From Ginglymostoma cirratum (lineage: Eukaryota): a stretch of DNA of 64,000 nt. Under the pieces are notes generated by a model. It was not told the origin of the DNA. It saw only the letters and a program-made list of their open reading frames with translations, and did no database searches. Made by a program: the position numbers and the translations under genes. The stretch is from NCBI GenBank assembly GCA_024137785.1, contig JAHRHZ010000271.1:25342554-25406553 (forward strand). The letters run 5' to 3'. Below, piece after piece: positions 1-12,535 of this stretch (within the stretch, counting starts at the first letter, position 1; every line of letters begins with the position of its first letter).

Positions 1-344
1 TTTTTTTTTCAAGAATGATAATATAGTGTTAAAATGGCCATGTATTCATCCAGCAGTGACTTTTTGTATCGTGTATACTACCTGGTGCTGCTGAGAGTAT
101 ATTAAAATATCAGCAAGTTGTTTTGCAGCTACAGAAAGCTTCAAGACTAAGAATAACTTGTTTCTTCATTTTTATTTAATGCTCACCAATTAAAGGCAGG
201 GTTTTTTAAAAAATTATATCAGTTGGACACTGCTGCTAAAATCCAGGCATTATCCTTTTAAGATTAAATTAAGTAAGAACATGGCTTGTTTATTTTTCTG
301 GTTCTAATTTTTTTGATCATGGCCAACTAGTTCTGGTTCAGCAA

Positions 345-685
345 AAAAGAACCCCTTTCATTTCTTCAGGATACCCAAAGTACTTTATTCCCAAAATTTG
401 TGCAGTTGCTGTTGTAGGAAAAAGCAGCCATGCTCTTTCAAATGCAACTTAAATAAATTACCATATAACATATATGCCATGTTAAAAAGTATTGTCCTGA
501 ATTCCTTTCTTCACATTGGATTTTTTCCATTGCTCAAGAGGGCCTCAATTTAATGTGTCATCTAGAAGACAGTGCCTTTGCTATTGCAGCACTCCCTTGC
601 TACTGCACTAAAGCGTTTTGTCTGAATTGTGCTCCAGTCACTGGAATGTGTCTTCAACATGACAAGAGAGCTACCTCTGAGCTGG
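345..685 (-). mobile_element. Degenerate SacSINE1/DeuSINE-like SINE
   Basis: Reverse-oriented Deu-domain-like motifs (ggcctcaatttaatgtgtcatctagaagacagtgcc...tgcagcactcccttgctactgcact), similar to the copy at 11020. Confidence 0.55.
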
Positions 686-1385
686 CACTGGCCCTTGAGT
701 TTACATCTGTTGCTCAGCACACAGAGCTGCAGCTCTTTATCGATTAGCTGAAGAGAGATGATTGGGTGGCAGGTTGAGTCACCGGGCAAACAAGTCTGTC
801 TCCTGGTGACTGAACAAATAATAGCATTGGCAAATAGCTAGAAATGGGTTGCTTAGCTGTGTTGCGAGTTGAGGGATAATGCATAATATACAGAAACTGA
901 AAAGAAAGTGAGTAAATTAAAGCTAACGTTTGGCTCTCAACAAATGCCAACTGTCCTGCAACTGTTTGCCAGTGTATTTTTGTTGTTCTCTACCCGCCTG
1001 CCTAATGGGAACTGGGACAGGGATACTGTTGTGCTGTAATCCTGTACCTTCCCTCCCCATTCCCAGCTAATTTAGTTTATCTGTCTGAGGCACGAGATGA
1101 TCAGCAATCCCAAACAGACATGTAATTCCTGGCAAGAATAAGAATCCAGGCACTGCTAAGTCGTTTTTATAACATTTTTTGGAACTATCATAGACAGAAT
1201 GTATGTTGTCCTTTTACTGCCTATAATCAGCATGCTTTGTGTGAAATAGGTGTGTGTATTCTTAGCCTCAATGTGAATCTCAATTTAATATTTTCAACAG
1301 TAAACCTTCATGAGTTTAAGAATAAAGTTTATTTATTTTCTCACAATTCACCCTGATAATACCCAATGTTATCTTCTCAACCTGA

Positions 1386-1416
1386 TGTGTGTGTGTGTGT
1401 GTGTGGTGTGTGCGCG
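1386..1416. repeat. (TG)n microsatellite
   Basis: tgtgtgtg...gcgcg run. Confidence 0.9.
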
Positions 1417-2329
1417 CACGCACAAGTTCAGGAAAAGAGTCTATATTACATGTAATATATTTTGTATTACTGAATTTGGATAACTCAGTCTCTGATTTAT
1501 GATCTCTGGTCTCCCACAAGGCAGATTTAGTATCTTTAATGCAGTTCATGTTTTAAAGTTGAAGTGTAACCTTGAAAGACCAGGGTTCTTGACAGACAGT
1601 GAGATTTCCTGTTGTATTTCGAGGAGGTTGGTTTGTAGTTGAACTAGAATTGGAACAAAGAGGGGGGAGCTGTCTTTGGGAACTGACACTTCTAAAGTAT
1701 TGCTGTTAATTACCTTGGTTGCTTGATGACTTGCAGCTAATTCATGATCTAGCTTCTTGACCATCTAACCAGTAATTGGCTTTCTTGTGAAACTTTTTTG
1801 TCTGCAAGTGGCTTCCAGCTGATTTGAAGAGCAGGCAGTAGCATGGCTCCCTGATCATGTGACTTCCTGCAAAATCTGATAACTGCCCAGATCAGGAGTG
1901 GGGGATATGTATTTTGTTGTTCACATCTCTAAGACTTAAGGCAATAATCTTGATATGGTAGGCAAATGAAAGCGTCAGTCACTTCAATCTGCTGCCATTT
2001 GATCTCCACTTTTAATCAGAATGTACAAAGGCCAATCTTGAGATTTCGTAGGTCTTTAAGCAAGGCCTATTCTTAAATAAAGAGATCTGTGTATTGTGTG
2101 AATGACAATGAATGCCCATGTTTAATTAGGTATTTGCTTGAGACTGGGAAATCTCTGCAGCTAAATGCCAATGGTCTCCAAATGTACAGCAGTATCTTAA
2201 AAATTTGTTTGGGTCCAGTTTTAAGAAGTATTGACTGAAATTTCAAACTTTGGATTCACTGTATTTGGGATGAGAAAATATTGCTTGGTTGCACCACCTA
2301 GAGTAACTTGGACCTCACTGAGACCATAG

Positions 2330-3790
2330 GACCACAAGATATAAGAGCAGAATTAGGCCATTTGCTCTGCCATTCAATAATGGCTGACGCTTCTCAATCC
2401 CATTTTCTTGCCTTCTCCCCATAACCTTTGATTCCCTTTCTCATCAAGAACCTATCTATCTCTGCCTTAAAGGCAATCTATGACTTGGCCTCCATAGCCC
2501 TTTTGTGCCAATGACTTCCATGAATCACCACTCTCTGGCTGGAGAAATTCTTCCTCATCCCATTATTCTGAGTCTGTGCCCTTGGGTCCTTGCCTTTCCT
2601 GGTGGAACATCATCTCCACATCCACTCTGTCCAGGCCTCTCCAGTGTTCTGTAAGTTTCAATGATATTACCTGCTCCTCCTTCTAAACTCCATGAATTTC
2701 AGGCTCAGATTCTCCAACGACTCCTCATATGACGAGCCCTTCACCCCTGGGATCGTTTTGATAAAACTCCTCTGGATCCCCTCCAACACTGTCGCATCCT
2801 TCCTAAGAATCGCAGCCAAAACGTGCTCTCAATATGCCAAATATGGTCTGACCAGTGTTAAACAGCCTCCACGTTACATCTCTGCTCTTTAATTTTGTGA
2901 AGGCTCAAAATACATGCTAACATTGCATTTGGCTTCCTAACTACCAGCTGAACCTACATGTTAACCTTAAGAGAATCCTGAACTAGAAGTCTCAAGTCCT
3001 TCAGTGGTTCCGATTTCCAAAGCCTTTCCACATTTAAACAATAGTCAGCACCCCTATTCTTCTAACCAACGTGCATAACCAAACACTTTCCCACATTGTA
3101 TTCCAGCTGCTACTTTGCCCACTCTCCTAGCCTATTCAAGGGATTCCAAAACCTCCCCGCTGCCTCACTATTACCTGTCGCTCCACCTATCATTGTATCA
3201 TCTACAAACCTAGCAACAATGCCCTTAGTTCCTTCTTCCAGATTGTTAATATATGACATGAATAGTTGTGGCCTCCACACTGACCCTGCGGAATGCCATT
3301 AGTAGCGAGCTGCCACTTTCTGCCAGTCAGCCAATCTTTCTATCCATGCCCAAAAAACCCCAAAAGACTATGGATGCTGGAAATCAGAAACAAAAACTGA
3401 AATTGTCAGGAAAACTCAGCTGGTTTGGCAACATCTGTGGAAAGAAAGCAGAGTTACTGTTTTGGGTCCAATAACCCTCCTTCAGAACCTCTATCCATGT
3501 AGTGCCTTGACCTTAACACCATCGGTTCTTATTTTGTTTAGCAGCCTCCTGTGCAGCACCTTGTCAAAGGCCTTCTAGAAATCCACATAGGTAGTGTCTG
3601 CTGTCCGCTTTGTCTAACTTGCTTATTCTGTCTTCAAAGAAATCTAACAGATTTGTCAGGTATGATCTCCCCTTGACATACTGTGCTGACTCAGCCCTAT
3701 TTTGTCATGCACTTCCAAGTATTTACCAATGACCAAGGTCAGGCTAACCATTCCTGTCTTCTTAAACAGGGCTGTTACGTTAGCCATTTT
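2330..3790 (-). mobile_element. CR1 LINE, degenerate ORF2 RT region and 3' end
   Basis: The reverse strand gives RT remnants (ttctagaaggcctttgacaaggtgctgcac, the DF.KAFDKVPH motif) and a CR1 3' tail near 2330-2400 (ataggaccacaagatataagagcagaattaggccatt). Confidence 0.85.
3349..3489 (-). mobile_element. Short Penelope-like terminal-repeat insertion nested in CR1
   Basis: ggatgctggaaatcagaaacaaaaac...ctcagc...gcagagtt consensus; 10-bp TSD TCTATCCATG at 3339-3348 and 3490-3499. Confidence 0.75.
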
Positions 3791-4610
3791 CCGATCCTAT
3801 ACAAACCACAATAAGTGGATTTTTCCCCTCCCACTCCAAGTTCCTCTGCATTCCAGATAAGATATCCTGAACTGGATGCCAAGCAGACCACACAGCCTTT
3901 AAGACTCTCGATCCTGGCCAGACAAAACATTCCCCAGACTGTACTATCCCTGATTTACGTCTACATTTCTCTTTTCTCCCTGTTCTTGAATGACTCCCCA
4001 TACTGTGATGCTGTGGTCAGTTTGGTCATCCTCCCTGCAGCCTCCAAATTGCAGGGAGAAAGAATCTCAAGCTTGTTAGACAAGCTGAAGGCCTGAGGCT
4101 CTTTTAACATTACCTCCTCAATCCGCCTACCTGCCTTGATCGTAGTTACACCCTCCTATCCGTGACCACTGCCTGAATTTGAGGGAGTGAATCGAAGACG
4201 TGTGACTGTTTCCAGGAACAGTGTCCAGGTAACTTTTCCCCCTCCCTGATGTGCCTCCATGTTTAAAGCTCAGATTCCAGCTCACCAACTGTGTGTCAGA
4301 GTTCTTCAAGCAATTAACACTTGTTACAGATGTAGTCACTATGAGCCACAATGTTGCCCAGCAGCACTCATCATGCAGGTACAACACATCGCCTGGCCCT
4401 GTATCTCTATTTTATTTACTTAGTTCTTAGTTTTTAAAAAGTAATTATTACTGGTCTTCTACTTTATAATGTGTAAGCATTTCTCCTGTTTACCTTCAAT
4501 TTGAAAATACCCTTTAAGTATATATACAACTAGGTGCTGTTAACAACCCAATGAGCTTGTGATTTTTCTGTGATGTCACTTCTTGTTTTGTCCTGGACTC
4601 CAACTTCTCC
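3790..4610 (-). mobile_element. CR1 5' region with ORF1 remnants (zinc finger/leucine zipper and SGNH esterase)
   Basis: The minus strand near 4390-4200 reads roughly MCCTCMM...DYICNKC*LLEEL...VGELESEL...IREG.SYLDT. ORF 3780-4001 contains QDILSGMQRNLEWEGKNPLIVVCIG, resembling the CR1 ORF1 esterase 'VVHIGTND' region. Confidence 0.75.
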
Positions 4611-5029
4611 TGCGGGGGGGGGGAGAAAAAAATCCTTGAAAGTATGAACCAGCAAGAGAGCAAAATGCACCTCTTGCCCTTTGCACCAAATTCCCATGCC
4701 TCCAGAATTACCAGACTATACACTGACTTCGGCTGTATCTCACCCTTGATGTGATTTATTCTGTCCGACTGTGCGAAGTTTACTGATCTTTGCCCTGGCA
4801 CCCTCACCACCTAGTCTTGCCGAATGTTGTCTTCTCTCACCCAATCCTTATTTTCTCTGCTGAAAATTGATTCTGTGCTGTCTTGCAGTGAGCCTCATCA
4901 ATTATGACTTCTGCAATAAAGCCACTCCTGATATTGAGAATGGGATCATGATGAAATTTGGAAGTTGAAACATTGCCTGTTTTAGCCCCTGGACCACAGA
5001 TTCTGACAGTTTTTAAATTCTTTGGGATT

Positions 5030-5670
5030 TAAATTCTCTGGCTAGGCCAGGGTTTATTGTCTTTGCCTTGAGAAGGTGATGATGAGCCACTGCAGTTCCT
5101 GTTGTGTAGGTAAACCCTTGGAACAACTAAATAGTTCCAAGTCAGGATGGTGAGCCCCTTTTAAGGGGAACTTGAAGGTAATTGTTCCCATGCATCTGCT
5201 GCTTTTGGCCTTCTAGGTGATTTTCCAGGTTTGCTTGGTGCTGTCCAAGGGGCCTTTGTGAGTTCCTGCGGTGCATTTTGTAGATTGTACATAATGCTGC
5301 AACTGTGCAGATGGTGAAAAGAGTAAAGTTTTAAGGTGGTGGATGGAGTGTCGATCCAAGTGGGATGCTTTGTCCTGGATGGTGTCAAGTTTCTAGAGTT
5401 TTGTTGCTTCTGAAGTCATCCAGCGTGCAATGTTGCATTACACTCCTGACTTGGTTGGGGGAACAGACTTGAGAAGACAGGAGATAAGTTACTCGCCACA
5501 GAATTCTCAGCCTCTGACCTGTGCTTGTAGTCACAGTATTTACATGTCTGTTACAATTCAGTTTGTGTTCAGTGGTAACCCTAGGATGAGGTTAGATTCA
5601 AATGCAGTAATGTCATTGAATATCATGGGACGTTTGTTAGATTTTCTCCTGCTAGAGATTGTCATAGCTG
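5030..5670 (-). mobile_element. CR1-clade LINE 3' end (second family)
   Basis: Minus-strand remnant LDTIQDKA...TPSTTL...HH...RR.KAADAWE; its tail is shared with SINEs at about 20390, 54560 and 58540. Confidence 0.7.
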
Positions 5671-8600
5671 TTGATCATTTAATTACAAAACACTAGTAAT
5701 TATGCAGGATAAAAATGGGCAGTGTTATCAACGTGGTAATAAAATGAGCAGATATTGGGTCTGAATTTGGTTATAATTATTCAGTAATTATAATTTATAC
5801 TTACCAAGGCATATACAGGCCAAAATATCATGTGACTTCATCCAAGAAAAGGGGCAGGGATTTATATATTTTGAATACACTGTTTTATTTTCAGTTAGCA
5901 AGATTTGAAAGGTGAATTTCTGATGCAAGCTATCTATTCTTAATCGGCAAATTCAGCTTGTTAAGAACTGCCAATTTCCTGAAGCTTGAAATATAGTCTT
6001 TTATCAAAAAAGCAATTTGAATAACTAGAGATGAATGCTGTTGGAAAAGTTTCAGTCTCTTAATTCCCTCTGCTCTAAACAGTCTGTTATCTTACCAGTC
6101 ATTTGGATAGATACTCAACCAGTTTAACAGTCAAATTTGTTTGCGTCTCGCAGTGATTTTTAATCATGTAATAGTGGAAGCTAATCACAGGAAACACAAA
6201 ATCTGTAGCCCTTCAATAACATCTTGTATTTTGTAGTAAATACATTTTGTTTGATGCCTAGATTTACCAGCTGAACACTCTCTCACCCTTATCTAGATTA
6301 GCACCTCTGGCCCATTTTGCTGTATTGGAAATGCAATGCTGTCTTGGAAGTATGGCTGATACTGTGGAGCAGTTTTGGTGCAACTTTAATCCAAACTTGA
6401 AGAATAAGTGGATATATGCCTGAATTATATAGTGTGTCATATACCTGTCAAGTCTTTGATTCTGGTGACAAATGGCCCAAAATACCACATGTTTGGTTTC
6501 AATGATATTGACACGGGGGCAGCAAAATTATTTTAAGACTAGCAATCTTGATAACTTGAAGAAAACCGGTATACCTTCTGTATTTAGATATGGCTCAGTA
6601 TAAAAGCCATTCAAGTCAATCATATGGAGTCGTATGACCTCGTTTTTTTGGTTTCACGAGCTCAATGTTTTATTTTTGCTTTTAGCTTTTTATTTATTTC
6701 TTAAATTCAGTTACATCTTGACTTTTTAACATCTCCTCAGTTTAGCATCCTTTACTGCTGATACTTTGTAACCACGAAGTAGAAAAGCCACACTTAATTG
6801 AGGAGTGGTGTGTACCGAAAGGTTCTTGTGATACAAAAATTGTTGCATTGGAGTCTGGTGATTCAAGTATCTGAAATTTCAAAAATATGTTGGTTATCAA
6901 ATAGACAGTGCTCTGTTTCGTTATGACTGTATTTCAAACTGGACAAGGCATTAATCTTTTACCTCAGTGAAAAGTTGTCAGTGATTATTTCCCTGTCAGA
7001 GACACTTTATCTTGTCCTTTGTAGTTAATGGAAGCACAGATTCTGTTTCTGTTCGCATCAAAACCTCACTTAATCTTCTATTAATCCCTTCTATTGAGGT
7101 GTGTGGATGCATAATTTGAAGCTGTGCCCTTTGACAAAATAATGAAACAATTTTCTAAACACGAAGATTGGAAATACTTGAAAGCTCGCTTTGATTGAAG
7201 TACAGTCACCTGGTTTTGTGGGGTAAGTATTAAAATGGTGAAATTGGAATTAACTAGGTTTCCAGTTATGTTTATCTTCTGTGATAGCTGAAATGTTCTC
7301 AAGTATTTTTAGTCTTATTAACCTTTTATTGGTTTGTTTATCATTAGGTCTGTCTTTTATACTGAGCATAAATGTACTGTCTCTCTCTCTCTCTTTCTGT
7401 GCTAAGACTATCAATGTTTTGTTTCTCAATTATAACCTTGGTGTTTCTGTCCCTACCAGGCTTTTCTAGCGCTTTAGGCCTCAAGACATTCTTCTTGTTT
7501 TTTTTCTCCGCATAACTGCACTTCTTACGCATCATTTTGGCCTCTCATCCTCACTTCAACAGATAATTTCAGATGGTAATTCAGTATCGAAGTGATGACC
7601 TACACAAAGCAAAGCACTCCAGATGTAAAAGTACAAATGACTACATAAACACTGCACATATGTTACAAAGTCTTATAAATTACTATTCTATTGTCAAAAA
7701 ACTGTCAACGTTTTGATATACCAGGGTGGATGGTGGAATTAAAAGTCTAGGTTGCACACTCACTATTTTAGAATACTCTAGCTGGTTTAAGGAAAAACAT
7801 ACATCGCAAGAAATGACTAACTTGGAAATATTCCATGGAATGAGATGATTTTCTCATGTTGGGATAATAAGTAAACAGGTTTATTAAAGTCAGTTTCTGC
7901 TGTACTTTCTTTAGTTGAGCAGTTAGTAGCACTGACAGCTAGAGTTGTTTATCTTTCAGTAGATATCTAATGATTAAAAATGGAACATAACCATTAGTCA
8001 CTTCTGACTTTAATAACTTCTATGAGGCAAAAAAGTTTCAATTGTTGAAGTTGCAAGCTATCTTGGAAACTTGGCATAAGAAGGGTTAACTTTTTTTTGT
8101 GCAAATGACCTTGTTTGTAAGAGCAGAATTTTAGTTTACTTTGGAGGAGATGCAGGTAAAAGGGTTAAAGCAATAAATGCCTTTATGGTAGTTTACATTA
8201 TCTCAGCGACCCTTTAGAACTGTCCCCAGTGGGATCCAGAAAGCATGTCCTTTTAACAAACCACGACTTCCTCCAATAGATTCACACGCTTTTCAAAGCC
8301 TTAGAATTTATGATGACGCAATCCCTTGAGAAATTGCAAATTGGCCGAGTGTTTGGGCTACATTCCTTCGTGCCATTGTCATCTGTTTATTAGATAAAAA
8401 CTGCATCCGAGTCTGCTCACGAAAGGTCAACACAGTGCATAAGGTAAGATTTCTGTTTGCCAGAAAAGAACAGCAGTCAGAAGCATAGTGAGCACTAACA
8501 TATGGAATCACTCCAAGGAACTGTTCTTCGTCCAAGTTTTTCTTTATTCTGACCAGAAGCATAAAGCTGAGTATTAATATGCCTGTCCAATCAAATTGAG

Positions 8601-10029
8601 AGGTTATTTTTATAAGGCATTGTCACTGTGGCAGTGTGCAGACTTGGTGACTAAGGTGTTTTAAGTCTGTATTAATAAAAGGAAATCATACATGCGTAGA
8701 AAGATTAGAAATAGATTTCTACTTCCATGTGAAATAATTCCCAATCTAATAGGCTTGCTGATAAGGTAGAAGATACCAGACAAATGAAACGTACTGTTAG
8801 TGGTGACTCCAACTGCTTATTTTCCCTGCACTCTGAAGTTCCCTTTCTGTATTGATTAAACCTTGATGTTCAGCCGTGCTAGGTAAGTATATTAAGATTA
8901 GCCATTGCAAATTATTTGAGCTGCCTTTCAGGATAAGAGTGACTCAAATGGATGCACACATTACTTAATAGGCTAAGTGGCCATTTACAATGTTTAATAT
9001 TCTTGATTAGAATGTTCAAATATTGCTAAGACCTTCATATAAATTGAATGTTAGAACTGAATTGACTGGGTCCAGGCTGATGTCCTGTTAGTCTCAAAAC
9101 TTCTAAAAGCCCAGCTCAACAAAGCTGTTACTTTGAGAACATGAGAGAGCATTAAAAGACTAAAGAAGTGAACAAGACTGTAACTGAAAGCTTGATGTGA
9201 ACTGAGTGGAAGGCATTTTGGGCTTGGCAATCATCTAACACAATAATTTGGCCCCATTCCCAGAGTAACTGTGAAGATTTAATGTTTGTTTCCTTTTTTT
9301 AATGAGTCTCTGTGGAGTTGTGAGCTGGACTTTAAGAGGAGATGGGTCAGCAGCAAAGCATTCACTGACCTGACCTAACCAGCACACATAACACAGGCAG
9401 CGAAATTTTTATTACCTTGTAAAATCTTTTGTGTTTTGGAATCGTGTTCTTTGTCTCTTGCAATGCAGCACAGCCATCTTCCAAAGGTGAAGAAAAGAAC
9501 CGTTTTAAATTCCTTCACGTTTTTTGACATTTCCTGGAGCAAATATTACAGCTTAGTTGAGCAGCCATAGGCAGCCTGCTTTCCTATTCAACTGACTTTT
9601 ACATTTCCAAGTTCAAGTACGGCTGACTCATTTCCCTTTTGGGCATTTGCTTAAAGGCTTAGCTTGTCGTCAGTTAGATTTGTGCTTCATTTCTAGTAGG
9701 ACATGTCGAGGTAGAAAGAGTTAGAAATTGTTTCTGACTCCATTTTGTGGTGCAGTTTAAAAATGATATCATTTCAGGATAAAAGATTTCATGATGGTCT
9801 CTGCCTTTTATATCATCGGTCTTGGGATGTTCTTCTTTCAAATGCATTTCTTTTGAAGAACTAAGGGTTAACTCTTTACAACCCAAGAATTAACAAGAAA
9901 GCAAATCATTAAAACAAGTTGTTGACCTGTGGCATTGGTACCGTATTATAAATACCAAATGACAAATCATGTCATCACACATATGATCAACAATGTTCTG
10001 TGAATATTGAAAAAAAGGAGAAGAAGAAC

Positions 10030-10270
10030 CGGGACAGAAATTGGCTATTTGGCTCCATGAGTTCACTCCACCATTCAGTTAGATCATGGCTGATCATCTA
10101 GCTCATCGCTGTGCTGACCTCAAAGCCCTTGATACCCTTAAATGTCTAGAAATCTGTTGATATCTGTCTTGAACATACTCAATGAGTGAGCCACTCACAG
10201 GCCTATAGGATCGGGAAGTCAGAAACCTACACCCTCTGAACATAGTTTCCTCGTCCACCTCAGTCTTAGC
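10030..10270 (-). mobile_element. CR1 3' fragment
   Basis: ggctatttggctccatgagttcactccaccattcagttagatcatggctgatc tail motif. Confidence 0.65.
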
Positions 10271-10429
10271 TATTAACATTTTGTTCATCAGAAACCAGCT
10301 GAGATCATTACAAGAAAGCACCTACAGCGCAGGGATACATCTCGTAAATCCCTTATTTCCTCGACAACTGAATTGCATTTCTTTCCATTACAAATGACCT
10401 GACTCAATCTGATGTAATTCTGTCCAACA

Positions 10430-10655
10430 ATACATAGGAGCAGCAGTAGACTGTTCAGCCCTTTGAGCCTGCTTCGCTGTTCTATATGATCATGACTAGC
10501 CGTTCAACTCGTATGCAGTTCCAGCTTTTTCTCCATATCATTTGATCCTTTTAGCCTCAAGAACTATATCTACATCTTTCTTGAATGTCTTCGGTGTTTT
10601 GGCCTGAGTTTCCTTTCGCAGAGATTTCCACAGTCTTTCCACTCTCTGGGTGATC
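10430..10655 (-). mobile_element. CR1 3' fragment
   Basis: acataggagcagcagtagactgttcagccctttgagcctgc tail motif. Confidence 0.65.
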
Positions 10656-11019
10656 TTTGGGTATCCTTATAGCATTTAAATTAGACCAGGCTCTAGTCGT
10701 AATATTACTCCATATCATAAATATTTTAAATTAGCAGTGCAAGTTGGCCATTTCTTCTATGGACCCCTGTGTGTTAATTGCTTAGGCTTTGTTCCATATG
10801 CTTTCTTCTTATCCATTAATGTTTTGAAAGAAAGAGTTTGCCCTTCTATGTCCCTTTGACAATTTCAGCACTTTCCTGGCAAAATGTAGTGTTCAACTTA
10901 AAATCAGATCAGCACGATCTTATTGAATGGGAAAGTAGACTTGAAGGGCTGAATAGCCTACCCTTGTTCCTTGTTTGTACTTTTTAAAGTTTTTGCTGTG
11001 ATGTAGGGAAATATGGCAT

Positions 11020-11425
11020 TTTGCGTTGAGCTCAGTTGGTTCAACATCAGAAAGTTGAGTTCAAGTTCAAGTCTTGAACTCAAAACCAAGCATGCTGCTC
11101 CATGCAGGAACACTGTACTTTTGAAAGTGCTGTCCTCTGGATAAATAGTAAAACTGGGGCTCTGTCTGCTCTTTCAGGTGGGCATGAGAAAACAATGGCA
11201 CTATATAAAATAAGAATGTGCAGTTCTCCCTGATATCCTGGTCAATCATCATTACTCTGTCCACATCAGCAGTGCAGATTATCTGTTCGTTTTCACATAG
11301 TTCTGTTTGCAGGAACTTTGGTATGAAAAACTGGCTGCCATGTTTCCTGTACTATAACATTGACAGTGCACTTCAAAAGTACTTTGGTGTCTTTGGGACG
11401 TGCTGTGGTTTTGAAAAGCTGTTTT
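11020..11425 (+). mobile_element. SacSINE1/DeuSINE-like SINE
   Basis: tRNA-like head (gagctcagttggt...gttcaagt), Deu-like body (ggggctctgtctgctctttcaggtgg...atggcacta) and tail (ggctgccatgtttcct...cacttcaaaagtactt...ctttgggacg). Confidence 0.7.
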
Positions 11426-11554
11426 TATTGCCAGTTTCCACACAGCATGATCCCACCAAGAGTAATGCAATAAAAGATCAGATGTAACGGCACGGCAAAA
11501 CTTCTCCTGCTGCCCCGCACGTCATGTCATCATATCATTTTACATTCATCTAAG

Positions 11555-11730
11555 AAGCTGAATGGGATTTCAGTTTAATGTGTCATCAAAACTTAAGAAC
11601 TTCAACACCCCTGTATCCCCTGTGTATTGTATTGGACCGTGAGCCTACTTTAGGTGCTCAAGTCTCTAATATGTGGTCTGAACCCCAAATCTTCTCATTT
11701 GAGCTAAATGCCTGCCATCACCACAGCACA
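11555..11730 (-). mobile_element. SacSINE1/Deu-like fragment, inverted relative to the 11020 copy
   Basis: cagtttaatgtgtcatc...gtgctcaagtctct...tgaacccc. Confidence 0.5.
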
Positions 11731-11909
11731 TTTTTTGAAATAAATAAGTTGCTGATGAAGCCAAATATTTTGAAGACTAGTGATAGGTTTAGGTAATTGC
11801 AGTTACAAATGCATTTTTCTTTTTAATAAATTACCTTGCCATTGCTTTTGTAGTCAGCTAAATACATTTAGGCTTCTACTAAATACAGTGGGCTAGATTT
11901 TATAATCAT

Positions 11910-12380
11910 TTGATGGTACTGGAGTGGGTGCAGAGAAGATTTACAAGTGTTGTCTGGGATGGAGCAGTTTAGTTATAAAGAGAGGACAGATAAGTTCGTG
12001 TTGTTTTCCTTTAGAACAGAGAAGGCTGAGAGCGGACTTGATAAAAGTGTATAAGATTATGAGGGGCATGGACAGGGTGGAGAGAAAATGACTGTTACCC
12101 TTAGTTGAAGGGTCAGTGAAAAGGGACATAATTTTAAGGTGAAAGGCAGGAAGTTTAGAAAGTTTTTTTGAGAAAAATTCTTTCACCCAGAGGATGGTGG
12201 GGTTCTGGAATGCACTGCCTCAGATAGTTGAGGCAGGAAACCTCAAAAATACATGTACAAGCATTTGAAATACAATAACGTTCAAAGCTGTGGATCATGT
12301 GCTGGAAAATGGTATGGATGTAGATTGATGGTAGTGTTTTTGGCATGCTCACTTGATGACCTTGCACACCTGTACGATTC
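11910..12380 (+). mobile_element. CR1 3' fragment
   Basis: ctggagtgggtgcagagaagatttacaag...ggctgagagcggacttgataaaagtgtataagattatg...ctggaatgcactgcc (LE.VQRRFT / RLR.DLI.VYKIM / WNALP). Confidence 0.85.
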
Positions 12381-12535
12381 TAGAGCAATGACTCAAACCA
12401 GTGAAGACTTTGCCCCCACCCCGATACCCATTGGTTTCACTTTTGCTCGGGCTCCTTGATGTCACAAGCATTCAAATGCAGCCTTGATGTCAAGGCTGTC
12501 ACACTCTTCTCACCTCTGGAAACCAGGATCTTCTA
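12380..12535 (-). mobile_element. LINE RT fragment (probably the 5030 family)
   Basis: Reverse strand encodes LDIKAAFE...HQGARAKVKPMGIG. Confidence 0.6.

Noticed and set aside
1420-2320. Possible solo LTR (similar look at about 6990-7700 and 49650-50780)
   Set aside because: LTR-like composition, but I could not establish TG..CA ends with a TSD.
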